Source: Chrysomallon squamiferum
Taxonomy: Eukaryota; Animalia; Mollusca
DNA length: 64,000 bases
Direction of reading: 5' to 3'
Assembly (NCBI GenBank): GCA_012295275.1
Contig: CM022676.1
Location: 1 to 64,000, forward strand
Positions 37,139-52,100 of this stretch are shown in pieces (the first letter of the stretch is position 1; every line of letters begins with the position of its first letter). The translations under genes and the position numbers were made by a program. The notes beneath the pieces were generated by a model. The model was not told the origin of the DNA. It saw only the letters and a list, made by a program, of their open reading frames with translations, and ran no database searches.

Positions 37139-40100
37139 ACTTAGATATTTGTTAATGTTGAAACTTATATTCTTACTAACTTAGATACTTGTTTCCCTCT
37201 TTACTTAGGTCATTATTTACCTATCTACCTACTTTCTTTCTTACTAAGATAGTTTTTAATGTACTTAGTTACATTGTCACTTACATAGGTTACTATTTAC
37301 TTACTGATTCGCTTCCTTGGTAACTTAGGTCATTATTTACGAACTTACTTACTTTCTTACTTAGATATTTGTTAATGTTGAAACTTATATTCTTACTAAC
37401 TTAGATACTTGTTTCCCTCTTTACTTAGGTCATTATTTACATATCTACCTACTTTCTTTCTTACTAAGATAGTTTTTAATGTACTTAGTTAAATTGTCAC
37501 TTACTTAGGTTACTATTTACTTACTGATTCGCTTCCTTGGTAACTTAGGTCATAATTTACGAACTTAGTTCAATTTCTTACTTAGATATTTGTTAATGTT
37601 GAAACTTATATTCTTACTAACTTAGATACTTGTTTCCCTCTTTACTTAGGTCATTATTTACCTATCTACTTACTTTCTTTCTTACTAAGATAGTTTTTAA
37701 TGTACTTAGTTAAATTGTCACTTACTTAGGTTACTATTTACTTACTGATTCGCTTCCTTGGTAACTTAGGTCATTATTTACGAACTTACTTAAATTCTTA
37801 CTTAGATATTTGTTAATGTTGAAACTTATATTCTCACTAACTTAGATACTTGTTTTCCCTTTGATTTTAGATTTTTTTATTTACTTTAGGTCATTTATTT
37901 AATTTACTTACTAAATTAATTTTCTTACTAAGTTATTAGTTTTAATGTGAAAAATTGTCATTTCTTACTTAGGTTACTATTTACTTACTGATTTCTTCCT
38001 TTTGTAACTTAGGTCATTATTTATGAACTTACTTTCTTTTCTCTTACTTTAGATATTTGTTAATGTTTTATTATATTCTCACTAACTTAGATACTTTGTT
38101 TTTTTCCTTTACTTAGGTCATTATTGTCACTTTCTTTTCTTACTAAGATAATTTTTAATGTACTTAGTTAAATTGTCACTTACTTAGGTTACTATTTACT
38201 TACTGATTCGCTTCCTTGGTAACTTAGTTCATTATTTACGAACTTACTTACTTTCTTACTTAGATATTTGTTAATGTTGAAACTTATATTCTTACTAACT
38301 TAGATACTTGTTTCCCTCTTTACTTAGGTCATTATTTACCTATCTACTTACTTTCTTTCTTACTAAGATAGTTTTTAATGTACTTAGTTACATTGTCACT
38401 TACATAGGTTACTATTTACTTACTGATTCGCTTCCTTGGTAACTTAGGTCATTATTTACGAACTTACTTACTTTCTTACTTAGATATTTGTTAATGTTGA
38501 AACTTATATTCTTACTAACTTAGATACTTGTTTCCCACTTTTTTACTTAGGTCATTATTTACCCATACTTACATTTCTTTTCTTTCTTACTAAGATAGTT
38601 TTTAATGTACTTAGTTAAATTGTCACTTACTTAGGTTACTATTTACTTACTGATTCGCTTCCTTGGTAACTTAGGTCATTATTTACGAACTTTCTTACTT
38701 TCTTACTTAGATATTTGTTAATGTTGAAACTTATATTCTTACTAACTTAGATACTTGTTTCCCACTTCTTTACTTAGGTCATTATTTTACCTATTCTACT
38801 TACTTTTCTTTTACTTACTAAGATAGTTTTTTAATGTACTTAGTTATATTGTCACTTTACTTTAGGTTAGGTTACTATTTTTACTTTTACTGATCTGCTT
38901 CCTTGGTAACTTTAGGTCATTATTTTACGAACTTAGTTACTTTTTCTTACTTTTAGATATTTGTTAATGTTGAAACTTATATTCTTACTAACTTAGATAC
39001 TTTTTTCCCCCTTTTTTACTTAGGTCATTATTTACCTATTTACCTACTTTTTTTTTTTACTTAAGATAGTTTTTAATTTAATTACTTAGTTAAATTGTCA
39101 TTCTACCAACTTAGGTTACTATTTAGGTCATTATTTTTTAATTGATCTTTGCTTCCTTTGGTAACTTAGGTCATTATTTTACATGAACTTACTTATTTTC
39201 TTACTTAGATATTTGTTAATGTTGAAACTTTATATTCTCACTAACTTAGATATTTGTTTTTCCCTATATTTTTACTTTTATTTCATTATTTACCATTATT
39301 TACATATCTACTTATTTCTTTCTTACTAAGATAGTTTTTTTAATGTAATTTTAGTTATATTGTCACTTTACATAGGTTACTATTTTATTTACTTACTGAT
39401 CTGCTTCCTTTGGTAACTTAGGTCATTATTTTTATGAAACTTTTTAAACTTTCTTACTTAGATATTTGTTAATGTTGAAACTTATATTCTTACTAACTTA
39501 GATACTTGTTTCCCACTTTACTTAGGTCATTATTTACCTATCTACCTACTTTCTTTCTTACTAAGATAGTTTTTAATGTACTTAGTTAAATTGTCACTTA
39601 CTTAGGTTACTATTTACTTACTGATTCGCTTCCTTGGTAACTTAGGTCATTATTTACGAACTTACTTACTTTCTTACTTAGATATTTGTTAATGTTGAAA
39701 CTTATATTCTTACTAACTTAGATACTTGTTTCCCTCTTTACTTAGGTCATTATTTACCTATCTACTTACTTTCTTTCTTACTAAGATAGTTTTTAATGTA
39801 CTTAGTTATATTGTCACTTACATAGGTTACTATTTACTTACTGATTCGCTTCCTTGGTAACTTAGGTCATTATTTACGAACTTACTTACTTTCTTACTTA
39901 GATATTTGTTAATGTTGAAACTTATATTCTTACTAACTTAGATACTTGTTTCCCTCTTTACTTAGGTCATTATTTACCTATCTACCTACTTTCTTTCTTA
40001 CTAAGATAGTTTTTAATGTACTTAGTTAAATTGTCACTTACATAGGTTACTATTTACTTACTGATTCGCTTCCTTGGTAACTTAGGTCATTATTTATGAA

Positions 40101-43100
40101 CTTACTTACTTTCTTACTTAGATATTTGTTAATGTTGAAACTTATATTCTTACTAACTTAGATACTTGTTTCCCTCTTTACTTAGGTCATTATTTTTACC
40201 ATCTACCTTCTACCTACTTTCTTTCTTACTAAGATAGTTTTTAATGTACTTAGTTAAATTGTCACTTACTTAGGTTACTATTTACTTACTGATTCGCTTC
40301 CTTGGTAACTTAGGTCATAATTTACGAACTTAGTTAACTTCTTACTTAGATATTTGTTAATGTACTAACTTATATTCTCACTAACTTAGATACTTGTTTC
40401 CCTCTTTACTTAGGTCATTATTTACCTATCTACCTACTTTCTTTCTTACTAAGATAGTTTTTAATGTACTTAGTTAAATTGTCACTTACTTAGGTTACTA
40501 TTTACTTACTGATTCGCTTCCTTGGTAACTTAGGTCATTATTTACGAACTTAGTTAAACTTTCTTACTTAGATATTTGTTAATGTTGAAACTTATATTCT
40601 TACTAACTTAGATACTTGTTTCCCTCTTTACTTAGGTCATTATTTACCTATCTACTTACTTTCTTTCTTACTAAGATAATTCTTAATGTACTTAGTTATA
40701 TTGTCACTTACATAGGTTACTATTTCTTACTGATTTAATTTACTTCCCTTTGGTAACTTAGGTCATTATTTACGAACTTACTTATTTTACTACTTTTTAC
40801 TTAGATATTTGTTAATGTTGAAACTTATATTTTACACTGAACTTAGATACTTGTTTCCCCTTTTATTTTAGGTCATTATTTACCTATCTACTTACTTTCT
40901 TTCTTACTAAGATAGTTTTTAATGTACTTAGTTACATTGTCACTTACATAGGTTACTATTTACTTACTGATTCGCTTCCTTGGTAACTTAGGTCATTATT
41001 TACGAACTTACTTACTTTCTTACTTAGATATTTGTTAATGTTGAAACTTATATTCTTACTAACTTAGATACTTGTTTCCCACTTTACTTAGGTCATTATT
41101 TTACTACATTAGGTTATTATTTATTTAAGATAGTTTTTTAATGTACTTAGTTATATTGTCATTTTACTTACTTTTTACCTTTATTAAGATAGATATTTTT
41201 TAATGTGAAACTTATATTCTTACTTTTAGATATTTGTCACTTACTTTAGGTTACTTATTATTTACTGATAAGATATTTTTAATGTAATTTAGTTAATTTA
41301 GGTCATATAGGTTTTACGAACTTACTTATTCATAATTTAATGAACTTACTTTTTTTTACTTAGATATTTGTTAATGTTGAAACTTATATTCTTACTAACT
41401 TAGATACTTGTTTCCCTTTTTACTTAGGTCATTATTTTACCCATTTATATCTACTTTTTTTTTCTTTCTTACTAAGATAGTTTTTTAATGTACTTAGTTA
41501 AATTGTCACTTACTTACTTAGGTTACTATTTACTTACTGATCTGCTTCCCTTGGTAACTTAGGTCATAATTTACGAACTTAATTTCTTATTTTTCTTACT
41601 TAGATATTTGTTAATGTTGAAACTTATATTCTTACTAACTTAGATACTTTTTCCCCCTTTTTACTTAGGTCATTTTTTACCTATTACTTACTTTTTTTTT
41701 CTTACTAAGATAGTTTTTAATGTAATTTAGTTACATTGTCACTTTACATAGGTTACTATTTTTTTTACTGATCTGCTTCCTTTAACTGAGGTCATTATTT
41801 TGGTAACTTACTTTCTTTCTTACTTAGATATTATTTAATGTTGAACTTTACTTAGATACTTGTTTACTTCTCTTATTTAGATATTTGTTAATGTTGAAAC
41901 TTATTTTATTACTAAGATAGTTTTTAGATACTTGTTAAATTGTTTACTTACTTAGGTTATTATTTACCTATCTACTACTTTTATTTTTCTAACTAAGATA
42001 TATTTTTAATGAACTTAGTTATATTGTCACTTAGATATTTGTTAATGTTAGGTTACTATTTACTTACTGATTCTTGTTTCCTTTGGTAACTTAGGTCATT
42101 ATTTACGAACTTACTTACTTTCTTACTTAGATATTTGTTAATGTTGAAACTTATTTAAACTTTAGATACTTGTTTTCTTACTTAGGTTACTATTTACTTT
42201 ACTGATTTTCTTTTGGTAACTTATTCATTATTTTTATTTACTTAGTTAAATTCTTACTTAGATATTTGTTAATTTTTTACTTATATTCTTACTTAACTTT
42301 AAATTGTGTTTAATTTACGAACTTATTTTAGGTTTTTTTTAGATATTTATTAATGTTTACTTATATTCTTACTTACTTAAGATTCTTTTTTTTGTACTTA
42401 GGTTATTTTTTTTTTTTACGAAATTTTTTAACTTAGTTTATTTCTTGCTTACTGATTTTTTACTTGTCATTTACTTATTTCTATTTTACTTACTGAGATT
42501 TTAATTGAACTTATTTCTTTATTTTTACGAACTTTACTGATTTACTTTTCTTACTTAGATATTTGTTAATGTTGAAACTTATATTCTTACTAACTTAGAT
42601 GTTTTGTTTCCCCTTTTACTTTAGGTCATTTTTAATTTATCTACTTACTTTCTTTTCTTACTAAGATAGTTTTTAATGTACTTAGTTATATTGTCACTTA
42701 CATAGGTTACTATTTACTTACTGATTCGCTTCCTTGGTAACTTAGGTCATTATTTACGAACTTACTTACTTTCTTACTTAGATATTTGTTAATGTTGAAA
42801 CTTATATTCTTACTAACTTAGATACTTGTTTCCCTCTTTACTTAGGTCATTATTTACCTATCTACTTACTTTCTTTCTTACTAAGATAGTTTTTAATGTA
42901 CTTAGTTATATTGTCACTTACATAGGTTACTATTTACTTACTGATTGCTTCCCTTGGTAACTTGGTCATTATTTTAATGAACTTTTACTTTTTCTTACTT
43001 AGATATTTGTTAATGTTGAAACTTATATTCTTACTAACTTAGATACTTGTTCCCCCTTTTTACTTAGGTCATTATTTACCTATCTACCTACTTTTCTTTT

Positions 43101-46100
43101 CTTACTAAGATATTTTTTTAATGTATTTAGTTAATTGTCACTTACTTAGGTAGGTTATTTACTTACTGATTCGCTTCCTTGGTAACTTAGGTCATTATTT
43201 ACGAACTTACTTACTTTCTTACTTAGATATTTGTTAATGTTGAAACTTATATTCTTACTAACTTAGATACTTGTTTCCCTCTTTACTTAGGTCATTATTT
43301 ACCTATCTACTTACTTTCTTTCTTACTAAGATAATTCTTAATGTACTTAGTTATATTGTCACTTACTTAGGTTACTATTTACTTACTGACTGATCTGCTT
43401 CCTTTGGTAACTTAGGTCATTCATCATTTACGAACTTTTACTTTACTTCTTACTTAGATATTTGTTAATGTTGAAACTTATATTCTTACTAACTTAGATA
43501 CTTGTTTCCCTCTTTACTTAGGTCATTATTTACCTATCTACTTACTTTCTTTCTTACTAAGATAATTCTTAATGTACTTAGTTATATTGTCACTTACATA
43601 GGTTACTATTTACTTACTGATTCGCTTCCTTGGTAACTTAGGTCATTATTTACGAACTTACTTACTTTCTTACTTAGATATTTGTTAATGTTGAAACTTA
43701 TATTCTTACTAACTTAGATACTTGTTTCCCTCTTTACTTAGGTCATTATTTACCTATCTACCTACTTTCTTTTTCTTTCTTTTTAAGATAGTTTTTTTTA
43801 ATTTACTTAGTTTTAGTTATATTGTCACTTATTTAGGTTACTATTTACTTACTGATTCTGCTTCCCTTGGTAACTTAGGTCATTATTTACGAACTTACTT
43901 ACTTTCTTTACTTAGATATTTGTTTGTTGAAACTTTATATTCTTACTTAGATATTTGTTAATGTTGAAACTTATATTCTTACTAACTTAGATATAGATAC
44001 TTGTTTCCTTTTTACTTTAGGTCATTTTATTTTATTTATCTACTTACTTTTTTTTCTTACTAAGATACTTTTTTTTAATGTACTTTTTTTAGTTATTGTC
44101 ATTTTTACTTAGGTTATTTATTTACTTACTGATTGATTTGCTTCCCTTGGTAACTTAGGTCATTATTTTTATGAACTTAGTTACTTTTTACTTAGATATT
44201 TGTTAATGTTGAAACTTATATTCTTACTAACTTAGATATTTTGTTTCCCCTCTTTTACTTAGGTCATTATTTACCTATATCTACCTACTTTCTTTTCTTA
44301 CTAAGAACATTTTTAATGTACTTAGTTAAATTGTCACTTACATAGGTTTACTATTTACTTACTGATCTGCTTCCTTTGGTAACTTAGGTCATTATTTTTT
44401 ACGAACTTATTTTACGAACTTACTTACTTTTTCTTACTTAGATATTTGTTAATGTTGAAACTTATATTCTTACTAACTTAGATACTTGTTTTTTACTTTA
44501 CTTAGGTCATTTATTTACCTATCATCTACCTACTTTCTTTTTTTACTAAGATAGTTTTTTTTTAATGTACTTAGTTATATTGTCACTTACTTAGGTTACT
44601 ATTTACTTACTGATTCGCTTCCTTGGTAACTTAGGTCATTATTTACGAACTTACTTACTTTCTTACTTAGATATTTGTTAATGTTGAAACTTATATTCTC
44701 ACTAACTTAGATACTTGTTTCCCCTTTACTTAGGTCATTATTTACCTATCTACTTACTTTCTTTCTTACTAAGATAGTTTTTAATGTACTTAGTTATATT
44801 GTCACTTACTTAGGTTACTATTTACTTACTGATTCGCTTCCTTGGTAACTTAGGTCATTATTTACGAACTTACTTACTTTCTTACTTAGATATTTGTTAA
44901 TGTTGAAACTTATATTCTTACTAACTTTAGATTATTTTTGTTTCCCCTTTTACTTTAGGTCATTATTTTTATTTATTTATTTACTTTTTCTTTCTTTCTT
45001 ACTAAGATAGTTTTTTTAATGTAATTTTAGTTAAATTGTCACTTACATAGGTTACTATTTTTACTTACTGATTCTGCTTCCCTTGGTAACTTAGGTCATT
45101 ATTACGAACTTATGAACTTACTTACTTTCTTACTTAGATATTTGTTAATGTTGAAACTTATATTCTTACTAACTTAGATAATTTTTTTCCCCCCTTTACT
45201 TAGGTCATTATTTTCATTATCTACTTCTACTTTTTTTTCTTACTAAGATAGTTTTTAATGTACTTAGTTACATTGTCACTTACTTAGGTTACTATTTACT
45301 TACTGATTCGCTTCCTTGGTAACTTAGGTCATTATTTACGAACTTACTTACTTTCTTACTTAGATATTTGTTAATGTTGAAACTTATATTCTTACTAACT
45401 TAGATACTTGTTTCCCTCTTTACTTAGGTCATTATTTACCTATCTACCTACTTTCTTTCTTACTAAGATAATTTTTAATGTACTTAGTTACATTGTCACT
45501 TACATAGGTTACTATTTACTTACTGATTCGCTTCCTTGGTAACTTAGGTCATTATTTACGAACTTACTTACTTTCTTACTTAGATATTTGTTAATGTTGA
45601 AACTTATATTCTTACTAACTTAGATACTTGTTTCCCCTTTTTACTTTTAGGTATTTTATTTACCTATTTCTTACTTCTTTTCTTTCTTACTAAGATAGTT
45701 TTTAATGTACTTAGTTAAATTGTCACTTACTTAGGTTACTATTTACTTACTGATTCTGCTTTCCTTGGTAACTTAGGTCATTATTTTACGAACTTTTTTT
45801 TTTTTCTTACTTAGATATTTGTTAATGTTGAAACTTATATTCTTACTAACTTAGATGTTTTGTTTCCCCTTTTTTTACTTAGGTCATTATTTACCTATCT
45901 ACCTACTTTCTTTCTTACTAAGAAGATAGTTTTTAATAACTTAGTTTATATTGTCACTTACTTAGGTTAGGTTTAGGTTACTATTTACTTACTGATTGCT
46001 TCCTTGGTAACTTAGGTCATATTATTTTACGAACTTATTTTACTTTCTTTACTTAGATTTTTGTTAATGTTGAAACTTATATTCTTACTAACTTAGATAC

Positions 46101-49100
46101 TTTTTTCCCTTTTACTTTATTTTCATTATTTACCTATTTTTACTTTCTTTCTTTCTTACTAAGATAGTTTTTAATGTACTTAGTTACATTGTCACTTACT
46201 TAGGTTACTATTTACTTACTGATTCGCTTCCTTGGTAACTTAGGTCATAATTTACGAACTTAGTTTACTTTCTTACTTAGATATTTGTTAATGTACTAAG
46301 TTATATTCTCACTAACTTAGATACTTTTTCCCCCTTTACTTAGGTCATTATTTATTTATCTATCTACCTACTTTCTTTCTTACTAAGATATTTTTTTAAT
46401 GTAGTTTTAGTTTAAATTGTCACTTACATAGGTTTAGGTTTTATTTACTTTACTGATCTGCTTTCCTTGGTAACTTAGGTCATTATTTACGAACTTACTT
46501 ACTTTCTTACTTAGATATTTGTTAATGTTGAAACTTATATTCTTACTAACTTAGATACTTGTTTCCCTCTTTACTTAGGTCATTATTTACCTATCTACTT
46601 ACTTTCTTTCTTACTAAGATAGTTTTTAGATGTACTTAGTTACTTATTGTTAATTTACTTACTTAGGTTTACTATTTACTTACTGATCTGCTTCCTTTGG
46701 TAACTTAGGTCATTTTTTTACGAAACTTTTTATTTTACTTTCTTACTTAGATATTTGTTAATGTTGAAACTTATATTCTTACTAACTTAGATACTTGTTT
46801 TCCCTTTTTTACTTTTTATTATTTTATTTTACCCATCTACCTTTTTTTTTTCTTACTAAGATAGTTTTTAATGTACTTAGTTTTAGTTAAATTGTCACAC
46901 TTTACTTAGGTTATTTTATTTATTTACTTACTGATTGCTTCCTTAGGTAACTTAGGTCATGAATTTTTACGAACTTACTTTTTACTTTTCTTATTTTAGA
47001 TATTTGTTAATGTTGAAACTTATATTCTTACTAACTTAGATACTTGTTTCCCCTTTTTACTTAGGTTTATTTATTTTACCTATCTATTTTACTTTTTTTC
47101 TTTTTAAGATAGTTTTTAATGTAATTTAGTTAAATTTTGTTTACTTTTTAGGTTATTTATTTACTTACTGATTCTGCTTTCCTTGGTAACTTAGGTCATT
47201 TTTTTTACGAACTTTATTTTTACTTTTTTACTTAGATATTTGTTAATGTTGAAACTTATATTCTTACTAACTTAGATACTTGTTTCCCCCCTTTTTACTT
47301 AGGTTATTATTTTATATATCTACCTTTCTTTCTTTCTTACTAAGATTTTTTTAATGTACTTAGTTTAGTTAAATTGTCACTTACATAGGTTACTATTTAC
47401 TTACTGATTCTGCTTCCCTTGGTAACTTAGGTCATTATTTTTTATGAACTTAGTTTATTTTTTACTTAGATATTTGTTAATGTTGAAAAACTTATATTTA
47501 CTAACTTAGATACTTTTTTTTTTTTTACTTAGGGTTAGGTTTTTTTTTATTATATCTATTTACTTTTTTCTTACTAAGATTTTTAATGTATTTTAGTTAA
47601 ATTGTCACTACTTTTATTTACTTACTGATTCTGCTTCCTTTGGTAACTTTAGGTCATTATTTATGAACTTTTTTACTTTCTTACTTTAGATATTTGTTAA
47701 TGTTGAAACTTATATTCTTACTTAACTTAGATACTTGTTTCCCTTTTACTTAGGTCATTATTTACTATATCTACTTTTTTTTTTTCTTACTAAGATTTTT
47801 TTAATGTATTTATTTTATATTGTCACTTACTTAGGTTACTATTTACTTACTGATTCTGCTTCCTTGGTAACTTAGGGTCATTATTTACGAACTTACTTTT
47901 TTTTTTCTTACTTAGATATTTGTTAATGTTGAAACTTATATTCTTACTAACTTAGATACTTGTTTCCCTCTTTACTTAGGTCATTATTTACCTATCTACT
48001 TACTTTCTTTCTTACTAAGATAGATTTTTAATGTACTTAGTTAAATTGTCACTTACTTAGGTTACTATTTACTTACTGATTTGCTTCCCTTGGTAACTTT
48101 AGGTCATTATTTACGAACTTTTTACTTTTTTTACTTTATTATTTTTGTTGAAACTTATATTCTACTGAAACTTATACTTGTTTCCCTTTACTTTAATTTA
48201 GATACTTGTTTTTTTTTTTTTTTTTACTTAGTTTTTACTTTATTTATTTTATTTTTTTCCTTTAAACTTAGGTCATATTTCTTACTTTTTTTTAGATTTT
48301 GTTAATTTTTTTTTATTTACTTAAGATAGATTTTTAATTTACTTTAGTATTTTATTTAGTTTTTTTACTTACTTAGATAGGTACTTTTTTTATTTATTTT
48401 TTTTATTTTACTTCCTTGGTAACTTAGGTCATTATTTACGAACTTACTTACTTTCTTACTTAGATATTTGTTAATGTTGAAACTTATATTCTTACTAACT
48501 TAGATACTTGTTTCCCCCTTTACTTTTTTCTTTCATTTACATTTATTACCTATCTACCTATCTTTTTTTTCTTTTTTTTTTCTTAGTTTAAGATATTTTT
48601 TTTTAATGTACTTAGTTATATTGTCTAGGTTACTTAGGTTACTATTTACTTACTGATTCTGTTTCCTTTGTAACTTTTTAGGTCATTATTTACGAATTTT
48701 TTTTTTTTTTCTTTACTTAGATATTTGTTAATGTTGAAACTTTATATTCTTACTTAACTTAGATACTTTTTTTTTTTTACTATTTTTATTATTTATTTAT
48801 TCTATCTTCTTTTTTTTTTTTACTAAGATTTTTTTTTTAATGTACTTAGTTAAATTGTCACTTACTTAGGTTACTATTTACTTACTGATTCGCTTCCTTG
48901 GTAACTTAGGTCATTATTTACGAACTTACTTACTTTCTTACTTAGATATTTGTTAATGTTGAAACTTATATTCTTACTAACTTAGATACTTGTTTCCCTC
49001 TTTACTTAGGTCATTATTTACCTATCTACCTACTTTCTTTCTTACTAAGATAGTTTTTAATGTACTTAGTTAAATTGTCACTTACTTAGGTTACTATTTA

Positions 49101-52100
49101 CTTACTGATTCGCTTCCTTGGTAACTTAGGTCATTATTTACGAACTTATTTACTTTCTTACTTAGATATTTGTTAATGTTGAAACTTATATTCTTACTAA
49201 CTTAGATACTTCCCCCCTTTTTTTTAGGTCATTATTTTATTATTTTACTTTTTTTTTTTCTTACTAAGATTTTTTAATTACTTTATTGTACTTACTTAGG
49301 TTACTATTTTACTTACTGATTTGCTTCCCTTGGTAACTTTTAGGTCATTATTTTATGAACTTACTTTTTTTTTACTTAGATATTTGTTAATGTTTGTTTA
49401 TATTTATATTTACTTTTTACTTTTTTTTTTACTTAGGTTTTATTTTGATCATTTTATTTACTTATTTCTTACTTACTTAGATATTTTTAATTTACTTAGT
49501 TTACTTAGGTTTATTTTTTACTTTACTGATCTGTTTCCTTGGTCTTACTTATTTTATTTATTTTATTTTACTTAGATATTTGTTATTTTAATTTATTTAT
49601 TTTAATTTTTACTTTTTACTATTTGTTTAGATTATTTTTTTTATTTTTTATTTTTTACTTACTTACTTTTTTTTATTTTTTATTATTTTTTTTTTCTTTT
49701 TTTTTTTTTTTTTTTTTTTTTACTTAGGTTACTATATTTACTTTAATTATTTTTTATAACTTTTTATTATTTTGAACTTAGATTTTACTTTTTTACTTAG
49801 ATATTTGTTAATGTTGAAACTTATATTCTTTTAACTTAGATACTTGTTTCCCTTTTTTTATTTTTATTATTATTTACTTTATTTTTTTTTTTTTTTTTCT
49901 TACTAAGATTTTTTTTTTAATGTACTTAGTTACATTGTCACTTACTTAGGTTACTATTTACTTACTGATTCGCTTCCTTGGTAACTTAGGTCATTATTTA
50001 CGAACTTACTTTTTCTTACTTAGATATTTGTTAATGTTGAAACTTATATTCTTACTAACTTAGATACTTGTTTCCCTCTTTACTTAGGTTAGGTCATTAT
50101 TTATTTACATTACCTTTTTTTCTTTTTTTTTTTTTTTTAAGATATTTTTTTTAATGTAGTTTAGTTTATATTGTCACTTTTTTAGGTTTACTATTTACTT
50201 ACTGATTGGCTTTTTTGGTAACTTAGGTATTATTTTACGAACTTATTTTTAGATTTTGTTATTTAGATATTTTGTTAATTTGAATATTTTATTTCTACTT
50301 AACTTAGATTTTTCCCCCCTTTTTACTTTTATTTCATTTTTTATTCTATCTTTTTTCTTTTTTTTCTTTTAAGTTTTTTTTTAATTTTTAGTTATTGTCA
50401 CTACTATTTAGTTTTATTTTTACTTACTTGATTTTGCTTCCTTGGTAACTTAGGGTCATTATTTACGAACTTATTTAATTTTTTTTATTTTAGATATTTG
50501 TTAATGTTGAAACTTATATTCTTTACTAACTTAGATACTTGTTTCCCCTTTTTTACTTAGGTCATTATTTTACCTATCTACCTACTTTTTTTCTTATAAG
50601 AGTTTTTTTTAATGTAGTTTAATTTCATTCACATACTTAGGTTATTAGGTTACTATTTACTTACTGATCTGCTTCCTTGGTAACTTAGGTCATTATTTAC
50701 GAACGAACTTTTTTTACTTTTCTTACTTAGATATTTGTTAATGTTGAAATTTATATTCTTTACTAACTTAGATACTTGTTTCCTTTTTTTTTTTATTTCA
50801 TTATTTATTTACTTCTTACTACTTACTTTTTTTCTTACTAAGTTTTTTAATTTATTTTTTTATTTATGTTTTACTTACTTAGGGTTATTTATTTTTTACT
50901 GATTCTGCTTCCCTTGGTAACTTACTTTTATAATTTACGAACTTATTTACGAACTTTACTTTACTTACTTAGATATTTGTTAATGTTGAAACTTTATATT
51001 AACTTAACTTAGTTTACTTTTTTTCCCTTTTTTTTATTTGTTTTTCTTTACTTAGGTCATTATTTACCTATCTACCTACTTTCTTTTCTTACTAAGATAG
51101 TTTTTAATGTACTTAGTTTATTGTCACTTAGGTTAGGTTACTTTATTTATTATTTATTTATTTACTTACTGATTCTGCTTCCTTTGGTAACTTAGGTTAT
51201 TTACGAACTTTTACGAACTTTACTTTAGATATTTGTTATTTTAGATATTTGTTAATATTGAAACTTATATTACTTACTTAACTTAGATTGTTTTGTTTCC
51301 CTCTTTTACTTATTTTTATTTATTTATTATTTTACTTTTTTTTTTTACTTTTAGTTTTTTAATGTACTTTATTTTATATTGTCACTTTTTATAGGTTTAT
51401 TTATTTATTTACTTACTGATTAGCTTCCTTGGTAACTTACTTCATTATTTTTATGAACTTACTTTCTTATTTCTTACTTAGATATTTGTTAATGTTGAAA
51501 CTTATATACTAACTTACTAACTTAGTTTGTTTCCCTTTTTTACTTAGGTCATATTTATTTACCATATCTACTTTTTTTTTTCTTACTAAGATAGTTTTTT
51601 AATGTACTTAGTTAAATTGTCACTTACATAGGTATTTTACTTACTTTTTTGATTCTGATTCCCTTCCTTGGTAACTTAGGTCATTATTTTACGAACTTAC
51701 TTACTACTTTTATTTGTTAAATTTAGATATTTTGTTAATGTTGAAACTTATATTCTTACTTAACTTAGATATTTGTTTTTTTTTACTTAGGTCATTATTT
51801 TTATTTTTTTTTTTTTTTTACTTTCTTTCTTACTTAAGATTTTTTTTTTAACTTATTTTAGTTGTTATTGTTAGGTTTTACTTAGGTTACTTTTTACTTA
51901 CTGATCTGCTTTTATTTTTGGTAACTTAGGTCATTATTTACGAACTTTTTTATTTCTTACTTAGATATTTGTTAATGTTGAAACTTATATATTCTTACTA
52001 ACTTAGATACTTGTTTCCCCTTTTACTTAGGTCATTTTTTACCTATCTACTACTTTCTTTTTTTTTCTTACTAAGATAGTTTTTAATTACTTAGTTAAAT

